Origin: Ophelia neglecta
Taxonomy: Eukaryota
DNA: 64,000 bases
Direction of reading: 5' to 3'
NCBI GenBank assembly: GCA_965285935.1
Contig: OZ260664.1
Location: forward strand, 52,142,001-52,206,000
A program made the translations under genes and the position numbers. Position 1 is the stretch's first letter. Each line of letters starts with the position of its first letter. Under the pieces are notes generated by a model. It was not told the DNA's origin. It did no database searches and was given only the letters and a program-made list of their open reading frames with translations. Positions 59,401-64,000 of the stretch are shown here, in pieces.

Positions 59401-61890
59401 CATTTTAAACTGAATATGATGCACACTTATGGAATCCTGTAGTTATGAGCTTTACAGTTATATGCGTTTTTGCCGTTTTATAATATGTGAATGTTCCGCA
59501 GCATTCCTTTCTTTGAATGCAGCCCAGGTAGTAGTATAGTAGTTTTCATTGTTTTCAGGTATTTGATGAGTTGCTCCTTGACGCTGATTGGAGTATTAAT
59601 GCTGGTATGTGGATGTGGCTGTCTTGTAGCTCATTCTTTCAGCAGTTTTTCCACCCATACTGCCCAGTTAATTTTGGAAAGCAGGTTGATCCCACTGGTG
59701 ACTTCATCAGGTTAGAAACTTCCTATATTTTCCCCCAAAAAAGTGGCGGTACATGTACATGTTGGCTTCAGTCACAATTGGCCATCTCTAGCACTGTATC
59801 TTCACAGTGGCTGAGCCTAGAGACAGATGGCTGTAACTCAGCATTGGCTGAGAAAAAATAGCAAGACAAAAGGTTCTATTGCTCACATTCTGTTAGCAGA
59901 AGGAATATCATAATGATTCACCAGAGAGATGAAGGCTAACCCCTGCTGACTCTGTTTCAATTGTACTCTGAATATTTTTTGTTACATAGTCCATATATTA
60001 TACTATTATCACACAGGAAATACCTGCCAGTGTTGAAGGGATTTCCCAACAAATACGTTTACGAGCCGTGGACCGCCCCCAAGGAAATACAGCTAGCTGC
60101 ACGTTGTGTTATCGGCAAAGACTACCCCACACCAATGATCCACCACCAGGAATCAAGTCGATTGAACATGGAGAGAATGAAACAAGTCTACCAACAGCTA
60201 TCATCCAAAGCAGGTAACTTCCACAAGGATCATTACATGTCATTGATAGGACATGCAAACACTATCGTCTGCTCTGTTCTTCACAATCTAGTCAATCAGA
60301 GCAACTTTTGGTCAATATGCCGGTGGCCAATTCAGTGAAGCCTATTCCCTTTTTTATTGGGGGGGGGGGGGGGCAGATCTGTTTTTGACAGCAAATCACT
60401 AGGCCTTTATTTCAAAGTCAAACTTTTCCATCAATATATATCACCTCAAGTAACTAATTTTTATATTGTAGAAATGGCTGGAGATTAATCTGCCATTTGT
60501 AGCTATTTTGTTCATAGGGATGATTTCTGCTCTGCTTAGACTGCTGTTTGTAGGCCTAGCACTTACCTAGTGGTTATATCGGAGTCACTCATATCCCACT
60601 CACCATACGCTGAACTTACAGCTGTGCCGCAAAAAGTGCAAATGAAACTGCAAATTAGTACTGCAAATGTGTGAAATTTTAATTTTGAATCCCCACAAAA
60701 AGTCGAATAAATGCTTAATCACAAAATTTATCATGGTAAACATATCTGTTTCTACAGTATTTGTTTTCTATTTAAAATATTATCCATTTGTATGATAATC
60801 TGTAAATGTATGTTTTCTTCCAGGGCCCCTCAATAAGTATGCTAGAAGAAGACAGTATTTCACCGAAGTCAATGATAATCTCAGTAGGCGAGGTAAGAAC
60901 TGGCTTTACTGTGTATGTAATGTCCTAGTTAGTGCTCAATACCCGGTAGGAATGAAGACAAAGACTGGCTATGGCAGCCGAGGTTCTCAATCCTACCAGG
61001 TAATCACCACTTGGGAGGACAGAGCTCACGCTAGGTCCCTTTGAGATTTCAAGGCTCATGACATATCTATATTTTAACAAGGTCATACAGAACTGTTGTT
61101 TGTTCATATTTGAGCACTGCTGGTTGGTGGCAGCCATTAATATTTTATATTGAAACACCTGTCAATGGTGAACGCCAATGCAAGCATCTTGAGTGATATT
61201 GTTTTCCTTGTCTACCAATCTTACTGTGCATAAAGTGCCTATATTGTTGATAGTGACACTAATTATGTTTCAATATAGATCAAGCAAACTAGTAGTATAT
61301 TTTTCTGTGCATTATGAGCAGAAACTAAAAATAATTGGGGCAGCTTTGCAATGATTATAGGCTATGATTATAGCCCTACTCATTGTGATTTAAAGTTTTC
61401 TCTTTCGCCTTTTAATTTTACGTAAATTCTCGTCCAGTTTTCGCATACCATCATTTAAGACCCAGCATAGGCCTATATTTATACAATAGTAGACACATTC
61501 CTGATATTTTTAAATAAATATTTCAATTTTCCCAGCTTTTCATCCATGTCTATAACTCTGTGTTTCAGTCTTCCAAGTATGCCTAGACTGAAGCTGGTAA
61601 TTCTTTGGTTTAGCTAGTAGTAGTGTTGTACTACTCTGTAGTAGTTCAGTGTGAGATGAGGTCCAGTATTTCTGATGCCTTTGACTAAAACAGTTCATTC
61701 TGTTCCAGTGTTTCCGACGTACAGCTCCTTGCCATCCCAGATGGCCCTACAGGACCAGACGGGACAGACTCAGCCTAAACGCATTCTCAGCTCCTCTGAG
61801 AGTGACGACCAAGGAAATCTGAAGGAAAAACGCTACAAATCCCACATGAATGCCGCCGACAAGGGTGTGGAGAACCAATACAACTTCTGA
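50178..61890 (+). CDS. cry2: Vertebrate-like (mammalian-type, repressor class) cryptochrome, 12 coding exons, ~603 aa
   Basis: Exons 50178-50410, 55983-56091, 56242-56384, 56696-56880, 57017-57105, 57210-57350, 58538-58708, 59153-59293, 59559-59710, 60017-60213, 60824-60892, 61709-61890; total 1812 nt, phases consistent. Motifs [65 protein letters not shown] and the CC helix [15 protein letters not shown] indicate the CRY1/2 class rather than Drosophila-type CRY or (6-4) photolyase. Confidence 0.93.
50561..53175 (-). mobile_element. 5'-truncated CR1/L2-group non-LTR retrotransposon (LINE), antisense in cry intron 1
   Basis: RT ORF, ~200-nt 3' UTR with AAGCGCTT...AAGCGCT stem-loop and a (TAA)n tail (ATT repeats at 50561-50580 on +). 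Coding-like sequence starts abruptly inside the endonuclease domain at ~53175. No clear TSD. Confidence 0.9.
50764..53133 (-). CDS. LINE ORF2 remnant: C-terminal end of APE endonuclease plus complete reverse transcriptase (789 aa, no ATG start)
   Basis: [14 protein letters not shown] (endonuclease end), [61 protein letters not shown]-terminal [10 protein letters not shown]. Confidence 0.92.
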   Translation of the reverse strand: MVQHVSKATHIKGHVLDVVITREDSHILEAEPVVQKTCIGTDNGTTLLDHFAVFVNLNIEKPRAAKKSVSFRKLKSLSISDFKQDIVGCEKLQPAGISVDDLTEHYNSGLQCILDRHAPVIAKTFTVRPHSPWYTDDLRETKRERRRAERAWRKSGLQVHAQIFSDISAKANYLLDRAKQDYLRDKVDQASGNSKELFKVTRELAGDKGDIILPSHSSSEHLAERFSDFFLTKIVTIRNKLGHSNSQRNFLPSEYETVFDGLPLVCLDPATPEEIQKLIIKSPNKACEADPIPTWIVKDCVGELAPMITEIINRSLSSSHVPASFKRAIVRPLLKKSGMDKELLKNYRPVSNMPFISKILEKVVAKRIDHHITSNSLADNLQSAYRSGHSTETALLRVQADIASALDQGSVAVLIMLDLSAAFDTLDHKIMLQRLDNMYGIRGAALSWIASYLEKRNQCVTINGTESREKSFCFAVPQGSVLGPKLYTLYCKPVGAIIKDHNMNYHSYADDTQIYLVLKSRSEVLKSVNEIEQCVAEIQAWMEVNMLKLNQDKTEIMFFSPKQNKCVPEGLTFSLGGCEIKPATSVKNLGCVWDRSLSMELEVQAKVKSCFWQLRRISRIRRFMSEDVCKTLVQALVISRLDYGNILLVGLSKCLLQQLQSVMNFAARLITFTPRQQHITPVLKQLHWLPVNRRIEYKVLLMTYKALNGLAPQYITDLLQIYQPPRLLRSSTRSLLTVPRMRTETYRQRCFMYAAPHFWNELPNGLKHAKTVMSFKRSLKTHLFIKEYN
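53960..54300. repeat. Degenerate A/C-rich repeat (acattgaaacac-like) in cry intron 1
   Basis: Several cattgaaac/cactgaaac words with strong A skew. Confidence 0.55.
54525..54720. repeat. Degenerate short repeat (tattacacacctgt-like)
   Basis: ttacacacctg / ttacacatctg / ttacatacctg / ttacgcacctg recurring. Confidence 0.6.
54921..54983. repeat. 18-bp tandem repeat, ~3.4 copies, in cry intron 1
   Basis: cctcaaggggcttggaca x3 plus a partial copy. Confidence 0.9.
55983..56091 (+). CDS. cry2: cry exon 2
   Basis: [36 protein letters not shown]; 109 nt. Confidence 0.95.
56242..56384 (+). CDS. cry2: cry exon 3
   Basis: [20 protein letters not shown]...VRTSHTLY; 143 nt. Confidence 0.95.
56696..56880 (+). 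CDS. cry2: cry exon 4
   Basis: [17 protein letters not shown]...[14 protein letters not shown]; 185 nt. Confidence 0.95.
57017..57105 (+). CDS. cry2: cry exon 5
   Basis: [30 protein letters not shown]; 89 nt. Confidence 0.95.
57210..57350 (+). CDS. cry2: cry exon 6
   Basis: [39 protein letters not shown]; 141 nt. Confidence 0.95.
58538..58708 (+). CDS. cry2: cry exon 7
   Basis: [50 protein letters not shown]; 171 nt. Confidence 0.95.
59153..59293 (+). CDS. cry2: cry exon 8
   Basis: [47 protein letters not shown]; 141 nt. Confidence 0.95.
59559..59710 (+). CDS. cry2: cry exon 9
   Basis: [50 protein letters not shown]; 152 nt. Confidence 0.95.
60017..60213 (+). CDS. cry2: cry exon 10
   Basis: [18 protein letters not shown]...[33 protein letters not shown]; 197 nt. 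Confidence 0.95.
60824..60892 (+). CDS. cry2: cry exon 11 (C-terminal tail)
   Basis: [23 protein letters not shown]; strong acceptor ttttcttccag and donor GAG|GTAAGA; 69 nt, phase 1-1. Confidence 0.75.
61709..61890 (+). CDS. cry2: cry terminal exon 12 (tail with bipartite NLS-like motif)
   Basis: Phase-1 acceptor tgttccag; [22 protein letters not shown]; TGA ends at 61890; AATAAA follows. Confidence 0.75.
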
Positions 61891-61984
61891 ATGAGACAAC
61901 CAGTTCACTGTGCAAATAAGTCTAGCATGGCAGTTGCCGATATTCTCAATTGGTTAAACTCGGAAATTTCTCATGACTAAACCC

Positions 61985-61990
61985 AATAAA
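61985..61990 (+). terminator. Candidate polyadenylation signal of cry
   Basis: First AATAAA after the stop codon, ~95 nt downstream. Confidence 0.4.
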
Positions 61991-62625
61991 AGGCCAAGGA
62001 GGCCGCTGGAAAACACTCAAAAATTGTGGTTCTAGCTTTCCAATTTAAGGTTATTGCAAGTTAAACTGCAATGTTTTGAGTTTTTGAAAAAATTATATCT
62101 GATAATGTGCGACATAATATATCGAAGCACATGAATTCAGAATATCTCAGTGGACTGGTTCTAGAAGCAGGAGAGGCCTACAAGGTAATCCATTATGGCT
62201 ATAACAAATGGATTGGTTAGTGAATTAATGTAATTAATTCACTCAGATATAAAATCTTAATTACAGAAAATATTTGGTTATGGTCACTCACTATTATTTG
62301 AATGATATTCTCATTTTTGTTGGATGTGAAAATAAACGACAATATTGTAGTTTGTGTTCAATGTGTACTACTCACAATATGCGGACTGCACCTTATACTA
62401 CTGCCATCAACTTGCCAGAAGAAAGCATTAGGGCCATTCGAGTGGTAGGGACAGAACACAACAGGAAATGATTTTTAAAACATTTCCATTCTAATGGTCC
62501 GCTTGTTGTTTTCTGTCTCAACACAAAGCAACCCAAAGCAATAGACATACTTGGTGAATCGTTTCCAGTTGTTTTGTGTTGTTTGCTGTTTTAGGGTAAT
62601 GATGAATTCCGCAAACGACCATAAA

Positions 62626-62951
62626 TGACCACAAACGACCGCAAATGGCCGAAAAATGCTTTAGAGAGGATAGGTTATTGGTTGGTGCGATAGCAATTCG
62701 AATATAATTTTGGCCCTATTATTTTACCACTTGAAACCCCTGGCGGCTAGGTCAGGCGTAGGTGGATGTTAACAAATGGCCGTCTGGACCATATGAATCG
62801 GCCAGTGAGGTAATTTATTGTCCGTGCTGAAAATGTTTGTTATCGCTCCGCAAATTGTTTGAAATCAACTATAACAACAATCCTCATGCAATCCAACCAA
62901 AAAGCAATACTCTTTTAGGCATCTTTTGTTCATGGCTGTCGTTTGTGGTCA
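62626..62951. mobile_element. Possible non-autonomous DNA transposon remnant
   Basis: Perfect 14-bp inverted repeat TGACCACAAACGAC (62626-62639) / GTCGTTTGTGGTCA (62938-62951) with tandem aaacgacc subrepeats; CpG-rich interior; true termini not defined. Confidence 0.45.
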
Positions 62952-64000
62952 ATTGTGATCGCCATGACACTTGAATACAACACGATTCAACACAGTTTAT
63001 TCGAGTGGTGCACTCTCATTTGTCTAAGTAGGTCACTGCGCATACTACAGAAAAAATGCCTGTCGCTTCCACTAGAATGGCCCTATTGTTAATCGATGAG
63101 TTGTGTTGAAATTGAAACTCGATGACTTGATGGTGAGTGATCTATGGCAGTGCAACATTGAAGTTTTTAATGTAGACTTATGTAGAGAAATATATCATAC
63201 ATTGTTATACAGAGAGTTTGTATTGGGACCAAGGCGGATGTTGTATGTACCATTGTTAATTATATGTCAGCAATGCAGTTTTTGTGAAGGACATTGGACA
63301 AAATATATTATTAAAAATAGGATATGATAACAATAAAGTAAGCATAGTACTTGGGATTAGCATTCAATTCAGCTTTTCTGTATGGTATTTTGCCTACGAT
63401 GGTAGATAGTTAACGTGTTGTATTTTTTGCCTTACTATTATAATTAAGGTTTGTATAGGTAGTATGTGGAGATGAATGGAACCAGAAATCAACATTATGG
63501 GGATAACATGGCATTGAAAGTTATCCCACATATAGTAAAATGGTTTAAGCTACACAGCATACAAATTTAATGTCTGAAACAAATCATCTATGGCCCCAAA
63601 AGAAGTATGTGAATACCACTGGGAGAGCAAAAGTGCATAACAGAGTATGCAATACATTCAGATTTTGGAGCAAAAGTTCCAACCATTTGTCAAAAAAAGT
63701 TAAAATTTGAAGTAAGATGCAAAGGCCAGTTGGTGGGAACAGAAACATTTTATCCATCTTGGCATGGAGGCTCCTCTATTTCAGGGGAGCCTTGTTCTCC
63801 CACAATGAGTTCACATTTGTGTGTTCACCCTATTATTAATCTGGCGGCTGTAATGCATTGAGTTGCATGATGATGTTGACTGGCAAGACATGATAACTTA
63901 GGCCCTCTACAATCTCACTATGACAATTAATTCCTACTCCAATTTTCCCCCTAATTTAACCTGCAACCCTACAAGAGCCCCAATAAACTCCCAACCCTAC

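Noticed and set aside
50178-61890. (6-4) photolyase or Drosophila-type light-sensing CRY1
   Set aside because: [23 protein letters not shown] and the [15 protein letters not shown] helix are characteristic of the mammalian-type CRY1/2 class.

Overview
Eukaryotic, AT-rich, intron-rich animal DNA, most plausibly from a marine invertebrate (lophotrochozoan-like; the species cannot be determined from the sequence). I assembled two plus-strand multi-exon genes by hand, with GT-AG introns and consistent phases throughout. (1) An Ihog/Boi/CDON/BOC-family Hedgehog co-receptor: 20 coding exons, 6422-46968, about 1379 aa, comprising signal peptide, 5 Ig domains, a basic RG-rich linker, 2 FN3 domains, a TM helix and a ~420-aa His/Ser-rich tail. 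(2) About 1.2 kb after its poly(A) signal, a vertebrate-like (repressor-type, CRY2) cryptochrome: 12 coding exons, 50178-61890, about 603 aa. Intron 1 of the cryptochrome carries an antisense, 5'-truncated CR1/L2-group LINE whose RT ORF is uninterrupted. The introns contain several minisatellites (51, 41, 63, 73, ~37, 16 and 18 bp units) and TA-flanked MITEs. The long 684/759-aa ORFs at 8.7-11.1 kb are read-throughs of the 51-bp minisatellite. I found no prokaryotic-type system (no CRISPR, no operon). The best leads are a 5Ig+2FN3 co-receptor architecture with a possible cassette Ig exon, a minisatellite carrying 7 E-boxes whose 9-mer is identical to that in the cry promoter, and a Cys-to-Pro change in the CRY lid loop. 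All three are hypotheses, not established novelties.
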